Shown here: one piece after another, positions 9,959 through 19,069 of the stretch
How the letters are laid out: every line of letters begins with the position of its first letter
How positions within the stretch are numbered: position 1 is the first letter of the stretch
From: an uncultured Porphyromonadaceae bacterium
GTDB taxonomy: Bacteria > Bacteroidota > Bacteroidia > Bacteroidales > Muribaculaceae
Length of the DNA: 64,000 nucleotides
Reading direction: 5' to 3'
NCBI GenBank assembly: GCA_937989585.1
Contig: CALKRW010000006.1
Span: forward strand, 2,864-66,863
Program-made: the position numbers and the translations under genes
The notes under the pieces: model-generated
Told to the model about the DNA's origin: nothing
Database searches by the model: none
The model's input: the letters and a program-made list of their open reading frames with translations, nothing else

Positions 9959-9966
9959 CAAAGATA
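9959..9966 (-). promoter_or_regulatory. Bacteroidota -7 promoter box (TATCTTTG on the minus strand)
   Basis: Plus-strand caaagata is the reverse complement of TATCTTTG. It lies directly upstream of the 4-TM/S24 pair. Confidence 0.6.
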
Positions 9967-10221
9967 CTGGTTCTCGGCGAGATGACAAAAGAAATGTTGA
10001 AAAAAGTGCTGATGTAGAGGGTGAAAGAGGTGTAACTCCGATGCAATCGTGCTCATTATTCAAGTGTGCAACAACGATATTCACTTACGTCACACGGCCA
10101 AATCGCATGCTTTTGCAATCATTTGGCACCGTCATGGATGATAGAAGTCGGATTAGTTTGGTTCGGGCTTTAGATATGCCCGACTAAACCTAAACCAATA
10201 TAGAGGGCTGGGCAAAAGAAA

Positions 10222-10249
10222 AGCTGTTACGATTTGTTTCGTAACTGCT
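10222..10249 (-). terminator. second intrinsic terminator downstream of nifJ
   Basis: gttacga/tcgtaac stem extended by agc/gct. In minus sense it is followed by tttcttttg. Confidence 0.6.
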
Positions 10250-10285
10250 TGATTTATTAGGGTGGTCCCGCTTGGACTTGAAACA

Positions 10286-10314
10286 GCGAGCCCCGCCGGT
10301 GAGGCGGGGCTCGC
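10286..10314 (-). terminator. GC-rich hairpin immediately downstream of nifJ
   Basis: 12-bp perfect stem (gcgagccccgcc pairs with ggcggggctcgc) with a 5-nt loop. The T-run is weak. Confidence 0.55.
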
Positions 10315-10340
10315 GCTATCTTATATTATAAGGTGTGGGA

Positions 10341-13300
10341 TCAGGCGTTCTCGTTGGCCTGCTCGAGGGGTTTGATCAGAGGATCGGCGCCCCACTGCTG
10401 CTGGCTCAGACGGAGGTAGTTGTTGTAGCGCCACTGTGCGTTGGCCTTTGCGGCGGCGAACATTTCCTCGGCTTCCTGGGGGAAGGACTTGAGCATGGAG
10501 GCGTAGCGTACCTCGCCTTTGAGGAAGTCCTCGAACTTGTCCCAGTCGGGAGTCTTCGAGTCTAGCGAGAAGGGGTTCTTGCCTTCTTCCTCGAGAGCGG
10601 GGTTGTAGCGCCAGAGGTGCCAGTAGCCGCATGCGACTGCCTTGGCTTCCTCGGCCTGGCTCTTGCCCATGCCTGACTTGAGGCCGTGGTTGATACAGGG
10701 TGCGTAGGCGATTATCAGCGAGGGACCGTCGTAAGCCTCAGCCTCGCGGAGGGCCTTGAGGGTCTGTGCGTTGTCGGCGCCCATGGCGATCTGTGCGCAG
10801 TAGACGTAGCCGTAGGTAGAGGCGATGAGGCCGAGGTCTTTCTTACGGATGCGCTTGCCTGCGGCGGCGAACTTGGCGATGGCGCCGATGGGGGTAGCCT
10901 TCGAGGCCTGGCCGCCGGTGTTCGAGTAAACCTCGGTGTCGACGACAAGGACGTTGACGTTCTTGCCCGAAGCGAGCACGTGGTCGAGACCGCCGAAGCC
11001 TATGTCGTAGGCGGCGCCGTCACCGGCGATGATCCACTGCGAGCGGGCGGCGATGAAGCCCTTGAGTTCGAGCAGGGCCTTGCAGTTGTCGCAGCCGCAT
11101 GCCTGGCAGAGGGGAACGAGTTTGTCGGCGACCTCGCGTGTTACGGCGGGGTTCATCTTGTTGTCGAGCCACTGCTGGGCGAGGGCCTTGATTTCGTCGG
11201 AGCACTGTGCGCAGCCGAGCATGCTGGTCATGACGGCGGCGACGCGGTCGCGAATCTTGTCGGTGGCGATCTTCATGCCGAGGCCGAATTCGGCGAAGTC
11301 CTCGAACAGTGAGTTGGCCCATGCGGGACCGTTGCCCTTGGCGTTGGTGGTGTAGGGAGTCGAGGGAACCGAACCCGAGTAGATCGACGAGCAGCCTGTT
11401 GCGTTCGCAACCATTTCGTGGTCGCCGAAGAGTTGCGAGATGAGTTTGACGTATGGAGTCTCGCCGCAGCCGGAGCAAGCGCCGGAGAACTCGAAGAGGG
11501 GAGTCGCGAACTGGCTGTTCTTGGGCATGGCCTTGATGTCGACGAGGTCCTGCTTCGAGGTGACATTCTTGACGCAGTAGTCCCATTCCTTCTGGACGGG
11601 GAGCTGGCTTTCGAGGGGCTTCATGGCGAGAGCCTTCACGCCCTTCTTGCCGGGGCAGACGTCAACGCAGTTGCCGCAGCCGAGGCAGTCGAGTACGTCG
11701 ACGGCCTGGAGGAAGCGCATGCCGGTGAATGTCTTGCCGATGGCGGGGATTGTGGCGTCTTCCGCGAAGGGAGCGGCCTGCATTTCCTTTGCGTCGAGGA
11801 CGAAGGGACGGATGGCGGCGTGGGGGCAGACGAAGGCGCACTTGTTGCACTGGATACAGTTGGCTTCATCCCATTCGGGAACGAAGGCAGCCACGCCGCG
11901 TTTCTCGTATGCCGCTGTACCCTGTTCCCAGGTGCCGTCGGGGTTGGCTGTGAAGGCGCTGACCTTCAGCAGGTCGCCGTTCTGGGCGTTGATGGGACGG
12001 ACAACGTCGTTGATGAATGCGGGATCGTTGTTGTCGGCGCACTCGTCGTCGGGGAGGCTGGCCCATGCGGGGTCGATCTCGAGTTTGTGGTACTCGTTGC
12101 CGCGGTCGACTGCTGCATAGTTCTTGTCGACTACGTCCTGACCCTTCTTGCCGTAGGACTTGACGATGAATTTCTTCATCTGCTCTACGGCCAGGTCGAC
12201 GGGGATGACCTCGGTGATGCGGAAGAATGCCGACTGGAGGATGGTGTTGGTGCGGTTGCCAAGGCCGATCTCGACAGCGATGCGGGTTGCGTCGATGTAG
12301 TAGACGGTGATGTTGTGCTGGGCGAAGTAGCGCTTGACGTTGTTGGGGAGGTTCTTGGCGAGCTCGTCGCCGCTCCATATGGTGTTGAGCAGGAATGTGC
12401 CGCCGTCACGCAGACCGCGTGTCACGTCGTACATGTGGAGGTAGGCCTGTACGTGGCATGCCACGAAGTTGGGGGTGTTCACCAGATAGGTCGAGCGGAT
12501 GGGCTTGTCGCCGAAGCGCAGGTGCGAGCAGGTGAAGCCGCCTGATTTCTTCGAGTCGTATGCGAAGTATGCCTGGCAGTATTTGTTGGTGTTGTCGCCG
12601 ATGATCTTTACCGAGTTCTTGTTGGCGCCAACAGTGCCGTCGGCGCCGAGGCCGTAGAACTTGGCCTCGAAGGTCGAGGGATCGCCGAGGGCTACCTCAG
12701 CCTTCTCGGGCAGCGAGGTGAATGTGACGTCGTCGACGATGCCGACGGTGAAGCGGTCCTTGGGCTGGGGCAGGGCGAGGTTCTCGAATACTGCGAGCAC
12801 CATTGCGGGAGTGGTGTCCTTCGAGGCCAGGCCGTAGCGTCCGCTGACAATCTCGGGAGCGTCGGCGACGCCGTAGAAGCATTCCTTGACGTCGAGGGCG
12901 AGGGGCTCGCCGTTGGCGCCGGGCTCCTTGGTGCGGTCGAGCACTGCGATGCGCTTTGCGGTCTTGGGGACTGCGGCGAGGAAGTGCTTGGCCGAGAAGG
13001 GACGGTAGAGGTGAACTGCAACCATACCTACTTTCTCGCCCTTGGCTACGAGCGAGTCGATGGCTTCCTGGGCGGCCTGGGTTACGGAACCCATGGCGAT
13101 GATGACGCGCTCGGCGTCGGGTGCGCCGTAGTAGTTGAAGAGGTGGTATTCGCGGCCTGTGATCTTCGAGATCTCGGCCATGTAGTTCTCGACGATTTCG
13201 GGAACGGCCTCATAGTGCTTGTTGCATGCCTCGCGGTGCTGGAAGAAAACGTCGCCGTTCTCGGCCATGCCGCGTGCAACGGGAGCGTCGGGGGTGAGGG

Positions 13301-13925
13301 CGCGCTTGCGGAAGTCGGCGAGGGCCTTGCGGTCGAGCAGCGGCTCGAGGTCCTCGGCGTCGATCTGCTCGATTTTCTGTATCTCGTGCGAGGTGCGGAA
13401 GCCGTCGAAGAAGTTGACGAAGGGAACCGACGACTTGATGGTGGCGAGGTGTGCAACACCGGCCAGGTCCATGACCTCCTGTACCGAACCTTCGGCGAGC
13501 ATGGCGAAGCCGGTCTGGCGGCAGGCCATCACGTCCTGGTGGTCACCGAAGATCGACAGAGCGTGGCTGGCGAGTGTACGGGCCGAAACATGGAAGACTG
13601 TGGGAAGAAGTTCGCCTGCGATCTTGTACATGTTGGGAATCATAAGCAGAAGGCCCTGCGATGCGGTGTAGGTGGTGGTCAGGGCGCCTGCCTGGAGCGA
13701 GCCGTGCACGGCACCTGCGGCACCGCCTTCCGACTGCATCTCCTGGACGAGGACTGTTTCGCCGAAAATGTTCTTGCGGCCGGCTGCTGCCCATTCGTCG
13801 ACATACTCCGCCATAGTCGACGACGGGGTGATAGGATAGATGGCGGCAACCTCCGAGAACATGTAACTGACATGGGCGGCGGCCTGGTTGCCGTCGCAAG
13901 TCAAGAATTTTTTCTCTTTACTCAT
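10341..13925 (-). CDS. nifJ: pyruvate:ferredoxin (flavodoxin) oxidoreductase
   Basis: 1194 aa. Two 4Fe-4S motifs (CIQCNKCAFVCP, CLGCGNCVDVCP) and a TPP-binding region (GDGAAYDIGFGGLDHV), in the fused PFOR architecture. Confidence 0.97.
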   Translation of the reverse strand: MSKEKKFLTCDGNQAAAHVSYMFSEVAAIYPITPSSTMAEYVDEWAAAGRKNIFGETVLVQEMQSEGGAAGAVHGSLQAGALTTTYTASQGLLLMIPNMYKIAGELLPTVFHVSARTLASHALSIFGDHQDVMACRQTGFAMLAEGSVQEVMDLAGVAHLATIKSSVPFVNFFDGFRTSHEIQKIEQIDAEDLEPLLDRKALADFRKRALTPDAPVARGMAENGDVFFQHREACNKHYEAVPEIVENYMAEISKITGREYHLFNYYGAPDAERVIIAMGSVTQAAQEAIDSLVAKGEKVGMVAVHLYRPFSAKHFLAAVPKTAKRIAVLDRTKEPGANGEPLALDVKECFYGVADAPEIVSGRYGLASKDTTPAMVLAVFENLALPQPKDRFTVGIVDDVTFTSLPEKAEVALGDPSTFEAKFYGLGADGTVGANKNSVKIIGDNTNKYCQAYFAYDSKKSGGFTCSHLRFGDKPIRSTYLVNTPNFVACHVQAYLHMYDVTRGLRDGGTFLLNTIWSGDELAKNLPNNVKRYFAQHNITVYYIDATRIAVEIGLGNRTNTILQSAFFRITEVIPVDLAVEQMKKFIVKSYGKKGQDVVDKNYAAVDRGNEYHKLEIDPAWASLPDDECADNNDPAFINDVVRPINAQNGDLLKVSAFTANPDGTWEQGTAAYEKRGVAAFVPEWDEANCIQCNKCAFVCPHAAIRPFVLDAKEMQAAPFAEDATIPAIGKTFTGMRFLQAVDVLDCLGCGNCVDVCPGKKGVKALAMKPLESQLPVQKEWDYCVKNVTSKQDLVDIKAMPKNSQFATPLFEFSGACSGCGETPYVKLISQLFGDHEMVANATGCSSIYSGSVPSTPYTTNAKGNGPAWANSLFEDFAEFGLGMKIATDKIRDRVAAVMTSMLGCAQCSDEIKALAQQWLDNKMNPAVTREVADKLVPLCQACGCDNCKALLELKGFIAARSQWIIAGDGAAYDIGFGGLDHVLASGKNVNVLVVDTEVYSNTGGQASKATPIGAIAKFAAAGKRIRKKDLGLIASTYGYVYCAQIAMGADNAQTLKALREAEAYDGPSLIIAYAPCINHGLKSGMGKSQAEEAKAVACGYWHLWRYNPALEEEGKNPFSLDSKTPDWDKFEDFLKGEVRYASMLKSFPQEAEEMFAAAKANAQWRYNNYLRLSQQQWGADPLIKPLEQANENA

Positions 13926-14002
13926 AATAGAACGTTTGAGTTAGTGTTAACCTGTTTATAATAGTTATTATGCTTTGCAAAAAGGTGAGTGAAAACTCGG
14001 TG

Positions 14003-14010
14003 CAAAATTA
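14003..14010 (-). promoter_or_regulatory. Bacteroidota -7 promoter box (TAATTTTG on the minus strand) for nifJ
   Basis: Plus-strand caaaatta, about 78 nt upstream of the nifJ ATG. Confidence 0.5.
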
Positions 14011-14127
14011 CGAAAAAAATCGCAACTCTCGTTCTTGCGCGGCATTATTTCGTGCCAATAATGCGATTTATATTGCTCGCGCGCGTATTTATCGCTCCCG
14101 AAACTTGTTAATCCCGCAGGAAAAGGT

Positions 14128-14135
14128 TAATTTTG
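14128..14135 (+). promoter_or_regulatory. Bacteroidota -7 promoter box (TAATTTTG) for the kinase gene
   Basis: Exact TAnnTTTG match about 45 nt upstream of the ATG at 14181. Confidence 0.55.
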
Positions 14136-14180
14136 CGACTGGTAAAAACCTGTAAAACCTTAAAAAAGAATCCTGCGTTT

Positions 14181-15794
14181 ATGGCACATGAACTCAATGT
14201 CGGCCATGTCCTTGACACCGGCAAGAACAAATATACCGTCCGCTCGGTGCTCGGCTCGGGCGGCTTCGGCATCACATATTCTGCCACATTCTCGACCCAG
14301 ATTGGCAATCTGCCCGTCCAGGTTGTGGTGGCAATCAAGGAACACTTTCTGAAAAGCGACTGCGACCGCGACGACTCGCAGGCCATCACCTACTCGCAGC
14401 CTGTTGCCGAGCGCGTGAACAGTTCGCTGCGCACCTTCGTCTCCGAGGCCAGGCGCCTGCAGAAGATCTCGGGCGGACACCCCAACATCGTGCATGTCAG
14501 CGAGGTGTTCTCGGCGAACAACACCGCCTACTACGTCATGGAGTATCTCGAGGGGCGTTCGCTCGGCGACTACGTGAAGGAACACGGTGCGCTCTCGTGA
14601 GACGAGACCCTCGGGCTGCTGCTCCCGGTGATTGACGCCGTGGCCTATCTGCACCGCAACCGCATAACCCACCTCGACATAAAGCCCGCGAACATCATGC
14701 TCGCTCAGGAGAACGGCACCTACCGCCCCGTTCTCATCGACTTCGGGCTGTCCAAGCACTACAACGAGGACGGCTCGGCAACATCGACCATCGGCACCCA
14801 GGGCTTCTCCGAGGGCTTCGCCCCTGTCGAGCAGTATGTCGGCATCCGTGAGTTCTCGCCGGCCAGCGACGTCTACTCTCTCGGCGCCACCATGCTCTAC
14901 TGCCTGACCGGCAAGATTCCGCCAAAGGCGCTCGACCTCGACGAGCAGGCGCTCGACAGCCTTATCCCCGCGTCGGTTCCCGCCGCAGGCCGCAAGGTGC
15001 TCAAGGAGGCGCTCGCCATGCGCACGGTCGACCGCCTGCCCGATGCCGGCGCGTTGCTCAATGCCCTGAAGAAAAACGATGACACCGTAGTGATAGACAA
15101 CGGCAACGGCGGAAACAACGGCAACGGCGGAAATACAGGCAATAATGGCAATAATGGAGGAAATAAAAATGGCGGCAATAACGGAGATGGCAGTGTAAGC
15201 GATAACGGCAGCAATGGTCATGAAGGTGACAGACCGGCCTCGAAGAACTGGCTGAAGATTCTGCTTATCGTTATCGGTGTGCTCGCCGTCGGCGCGTGCG
15301 TCTGGTTCTTCGTCTCGAACAAGAGCAGCAACAGTTACGAGGACGAGGATGAAGCGGAGGAATACACCGGCCCTTCGGCTACGGAACTGGACAGCCTGTG
15401 TTTTGATGCCGCGACAATGATAAATGTATGTTCCGCAGGCGAGACAGACAGGGCGATTCTAAAGGGCCTCGATGTCTTCAAGTCCACATGCGTCTATATG
15501 CTTGACGTTGAGGAAAGCAGTGAGTTGCGTACTGCTGCCGCCAAACTCGTCGGAGCCATCTCGACCTACCTTTATGGCGAATTTGTCTCGGAATCGACAA
15601 GGGAGGTATGCACCAGTATCCTGAATGAAATCTCAGAACTTCCCGGTGGACGGAAGCTTCTGGACAAAATTGACGAGGAGGCCCGTGGCTACATCGGTGC
15701 CTCTGAGGTGGCGGTACCTGCCGAGGCGGTTGTTGTTGACAGCACGGTGGCGTACGACGATTACGCTGCCGTCGACAGCGTCGCCTACTATTGA
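14181..15794 (+). pseudogene. membrane-anchored Hanks-type Ser/Thr protein kinase interrupted by an in-frame TGA at 14598-14600
   Basis: Kinase motifs lie on both sides of the stop: G-loop GSGGFGITYS and VAIKE upstream, HLDIKPANIM and DFGLS downstream. ORFs 14133-14600 and 14628-15794 are in the same frame (offset 495 nt). An Asn/Gly linker, one TM helix and a C-terminal extracytoplasmic domain follow. Confidence 0.8.
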
Positions 15795-15845
15795 TGCCGC
15801 TCTCCGGCCATCCGGGCAGAAAATCCTTCGCACAGACCGAAAAAA

Positions 15846-15877
15846 TTTGGTGGTGTAATGGATTTTACGTACCTTTG
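15846..15877 (+). promoter_or_regulatory. Bacteroidota promoter (-33 TTTG at 15846-15849, -7 TACCTTTG at 15870-15877)
   Basis: Both elements are present with a 20-nt spacer, upstream of yceD-rpmF-fabH. Confidence 0.65.
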
Positions 15878-15930
15878 CGCAGTTTTTTCACCCTCGGGCT
15901 CTCGCGGGTCCGGTTTTCTCCTTTGTGTCT

Positions 15931-16539
15931 ATGGGAAAATTCACAGCCTTCAATGTTCCCCTGAAGTCGCTTACCGAAGGTACCCACACTTTCAGGTATC
16001 ACCTTGACAAGGAATTCTTTGTCAACATGGAGAGCACTGACATTCATGACGCTGATGTCAATGTCGTGCTGACGGTCAATGTGGTGCGCGACCTCTATGT
16101 TATGGACTTCAAGTTCAGCGGAACGGTGACCGTCCTGTGCGACCGTTGCCTCGACGACCTGATTTTCCCCATCGAGACCTCCTACGACATCAACGTCAGG
16201 TATGGCGACGAATACAAGGACGAGTCAGACACCCTGCTCGAGATACCCCGGACCGACAACGACCTCAATGTCTCGTACATGATCTACGACTCGGTGTCGC
16301 TTGCTATACCAATCAAGCATGTACACCCCGCAGGCAAGTGCAACCGGCAGATGAGCGCGGTGCTCCACAAGCATTCCGCCACTCTGGCCGACCCTCTGGA
16401 ACAGGAACTGCTCGACTCCGTCGACGAGATCGACTCCGACTCCGGCGCAGCCACCGATCCCCGCTGGGATGTCCTCAAGTCTCTGGCCGGTAAGGCAGGC
16501 GGGGACAGCGATTCCGCCGAGGACAACGAAAACGACTGA
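15931..16539 (+). CDS. YceD/DUF177 family protein
   Basis: Conserved position immediately upstream of rpmF. Carries a CDRCLDDL motif and an acidic C-terminus. The ATG at 15931 is preferred over the GTG at 15925. Confidence 0.8.
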   Translation: MGKFTAFNVPLKSLTEGTHTFRYHLDKEFFVNMESTDIHDADVNVVLTVNVVRDLYVMDFKFSGTVTVLCDRCLDDLIFPIETSYDINVRYGDEYKDESDTLLEIPRTDNDLNVSYMIYDSVSLAIPIKHVHPAGKCNRQMSAVLHKHSATLADPLEQELLDSVDEIDSDSGAATDPRWDVLKSLAGKAGGDSDSAEDNEND

Positions 16540-16579
16540 CAGACCGATTATAAACAAAAATCAGATAATATAAAGAACA

Positions 16580-16765
16580 ATGGCACATCCTAAACGCAAA
16601 CAATCGAAAACCCGCACAGCAAAACGTCGTACACACGACAAGGCTGTAGCCCCCACTCTGGCCCTCTGCCCCAACTGCGGCGCTTGGCATGTTTACCACA
16701 CCGTATGCGGCGAATGTGGCTACTACCGTGGCCATCAGGCTATCGTCAAAGACGAGCAGCTCTGA
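16580..16765 (+). CDS. rpmF: 50S ribosomal protein L32
   Basis: MAHPKRKQSKTRTAKRRTHDK... with a CxxC...CxxC zinc ribbon. Confidence 0.95.
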   Translation: MAHPKRKQSKTRTAKRRTHDKAVAPTLALCPNCGAWHVYHTVCGECGYYRGHQAIVKDEQL

Positions 16766-16917
16766 TAACATCAGGATGTAACCCGGGGCTTCCGTGCCCC
16801 GGTTGCACCGCCAAACGTCGCCGGTCGTCCGACATCAGGCAAAGCCTGCCTCGGACGTGCGGTGACCCTTTGTAACTCATTGTCATCAACAAAACGTCCC
16901 CTATCACTTTAATAAAT

Positions 16918-17904
16918 ATGATCAACGCCCGAATCTCAGGAATCGCATCCTACGTTCCCGACGACATACTCGACAATGAAATGCTGTCGCACATGGTCGA
17001 CACCAACGATGAATGGATCACCACGCGCGTCGGCATCAAACAGCGCCGCATCCTCAAGAAAGACAACACAGGCTCATCATATCTCGGAATCAAGGCCGTA
17101 AACCGGCTCCTCGAATCCACAGGCCTTGCCCTCGACGAACTCGACCTGATGATCTGCGCTACATCGAACCCTGACTACCGTTTCCCCTCGACAGCGTCGA
17201 TCATACACCACGGCGTCGGATTCACTTCCGGCTATGCCTACGACATACAGGCCGCCTGCGCCGGTTTCATCGTCGCTCTTCAGGACGCCGCATCATATGT
17301 CCGCGCCGGTGTCTACAAGAACGTCATCGTGGTATGCACCGAGAAGATGTCCTCGATGATCAACTACAAGGACCGCCAGACCTGTCCCCTGTTCGGCGAC
17401 GGCGCCGCAGCAGTCCTCGTCCAGCCCACCGACGAAGAAGGTGTCGGTGTTCGCGATGCCGTGCTCCACGTCGACGGCTCGGGTCTCGACTATCTGGTAA
17501 TGCGCGGTGGCGGCTCGGTTCATCCCTTCGATGAAAACACCATCGCCAACGGCTGGAACTACCTCTATCAGGACGGACGCCACGTCTACAAGCACGCCGT
17601 CACCGACATGCTCACGTCGTCGCTCGACGTCATGAAGCGCAACAAGCTCACCGGTGACGACATCAAGTATCTGGTTCCCCACCAGGCCAACCTCCGCATC
17701 ATCGAGGCTGTCGCCGACAAGGCCGGCATACCGATGGACAAGGTGCTTGTCAACATACAGCACACCGGCAACACATCGGCCGCATCGATTCCCATCTGCC
17801 TTGACGAGAACAAGGACAAACTCCACAAAGGAGACAAGATTATCCTCACCGCCTTCGGCGCAGGATTCACATGGGGCGCCATGTATCTTGTCTGGGACAT
17901 GTAA
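16918..17904 (+). CDS. fabH: 3-oxoacyl-ACP synthase III
   Basis: Active-site motifs ACAGF (Cys), HQAN (His) and GNTSAASIP (Asn). Confidence 0.93.
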   Translation: MINARISGIASYVPDDILDNEMLSHMVDTNDEWITTRVGIKQRRILKKDNTGSSYLGIKAVNRLLESTGLALDELDLMICATSNPDYRFPSTASIIHHGVGFTSGYAYDIQAACAGFIVALQDAASYVRAGVYKNVIVVCTEKMSSMINYKDRQTCPLFGDGAAAVLVQPTDEEGVGVRDAVLHVDGSGLDYLVMRGGGSVHPFDENTIANGWNYLYQDGRHVYKHAVTDMLTSSLDVMKRNKLTGDDIKYLVPHQANLRIIEAVADKAGIPMDKVLVNIQHTGNTSAASIPICLDENKDKLHKGDKIILTAFGAGFTWGAMYLVWDM

Positions 17905-17943
17905 TTTCTGAAAAATTCTCAAAAAAACCATAACTTTCACCCT

Positions 17944-17978
17944 CGGATAGCATCTTTTCAGGTGCTATCCGTGTTTTT
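17944..17978 (+). terminator. intrinsic terminator after fabH
   Basis: cggatagca pairs with tgctatccg (9-bp stem), followed by tgttttt. Confidence 0.7.
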
Positions 17979-18047
17979 AAAATATAGACCAGTCCATCAG
18001 AGGCCGGTATTAAATCTTTCCGATAATAAATTTAAAGACATAACAGC

Positions 18048-18935
18048 ATGGAACAACACAAGGCAGGCTTTGTCAACATCGTTGGCAACCCGAACGTAGG
18101 CAAATCGACGCTCATGAACGACCTGGTCGGCGAGCGTGTGTCAATCATAACCTCCAAGGCCCAGACAACGCGCCACCGCATAATGGGCATAGTTAACACC
18201 TCGGAATATCAGATTGTATTCTCCGACACCCCTGGCGTGCTCGACCCGAAATACAAACTCCAGGAATCGATGCTCGCCTTCTCGCGCGAGGCGCTGACCG
18301 ACGCAGACATCCTGCTCTACATCACCGATGTCGTCGAGGACCCCGAGAAGAACGCTGACTTCCTCGCCTCCGTGGCCAAGGAGACCATACCTGTGCTGCT
18401 GGTAATCAACAAGATCGACCTCGTCAAGAGCCAGCAGGAACTCGAGGCGCTTGTCGACCGCTGGAACAAGATTCTGCCCAACGCCGAAATCTTCCCCACC
18501 TCGGCCAAGGAACACTTCAACGTCGCCAACCTGCTGGCCCGCATAGTCGAACTCTTGCCCGAACACGCTCCCTACTTCGGCAAGGACGCCCTTACCGACA
18601 AGCCCGCCCGCTTCTTCGTCACTGAAATCATACGCGAGAAAATCCTCACCAACTACGAGAAGGAAATCCCGTACTCGGTCGAGGTCATCGTCGAGAAGTT
18701 CGAGGAAAAAGAGACGGCGATCCACATCATGGCCGTGATATATGTCGAGCGCGACTCCCAGAAGGGCATCATCATAGGCCACGGCGGCTCGATGCTGAAA
18801 CGCGTGGGAACCGAGGCCCGCAAGGACATCGCCACATTCTTCGGCAAGAACGTATATCTCGAACTCTTCGTCAAGGTCGAGCCAAACTGGCGCAACCGCG
18901 AGAACAAACTCCGCCAGTTCGGCTACATCGAATAA
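18048..18935 (+). CDS. era: GTPase Era
   Basis: G1 GNPNVGKST, G3 DTPG, G4 NKID, and a C-terminal KH domain (GIIIGHGGSMLK). Confidence 0.95.
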   Translation: MEQHKAGFVNIVGNPNVGKSTLMNDLVGERVSIITSKAQTTRHRIMGIVNTSEYQIVFSDTPGVLDPKYKLQESMLAFSREALTDADILLYITDVVEDPEKNADFLASVAKETIPVLLVINKIDLVKSQQELEALVDRWNKILPNAEIFPTSAKEHFNVANLLARIVELLPEHAPYFGKDALTDKPARFFVTEIIREKILTNYEKEIPYSVEVIVEKFEEKETAIHIMAVIYVERDSQKGIIIGHGGSMLKRVGTEARKDIATFFGKNVYLELFVKVEPNWRNRENKLRQFGYIE

Positions 18936-18999
18936 CGGGCGCCTTCAGTCCGGAAAAACTTCCGGACCGCATCGCCGCCTCTATGTCGCGGAAATATCG

Positions 19000-19007
19000 T
19001 ATCTTTG
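19000..19007 (+). promoter_or_regulatory. Bacteroidota -7 promoter box (TATCTTTG) upstream of der
   Basis: Exact TAnnTTTG match 63 nt upstream of the der ATG. Confidence 0.5.
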
Positions 19008-19069
19008 CAGACGGATAGCGCGCAAGCCTCCTCCCTCTTACTAACCAACAAACACTAACTGACATAACC

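Noticed and set aside
10097-10127. 7-bp inverted repeat gccaaat-(17 nt)-atttggc upstream of the cassette promoter, as a possible operator
   Set aside because: It is short enough to arise by chance in a 300-nt AT-rich region, and it lies more than 130 nt from the -7 box.
9942-10187. 81-aa plus-strand ORF between the S24 cassette and the nifJ terminators
   Set aside because: It has no promoter box, its composition is odd, and it overlaps the minus-strand promoter region. It is probably non-coding.
14598-14600. TGA in the kinase as selenocysteine or a reassigned codon
   Set aside because: I saw no SECIS-like hairpin immediately downstream and know of no precedent for Sec at this kinase position. 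Many neighbouring genes, such as rpsG and the SSS transporter, terminate at TGA, so the standard code applies.
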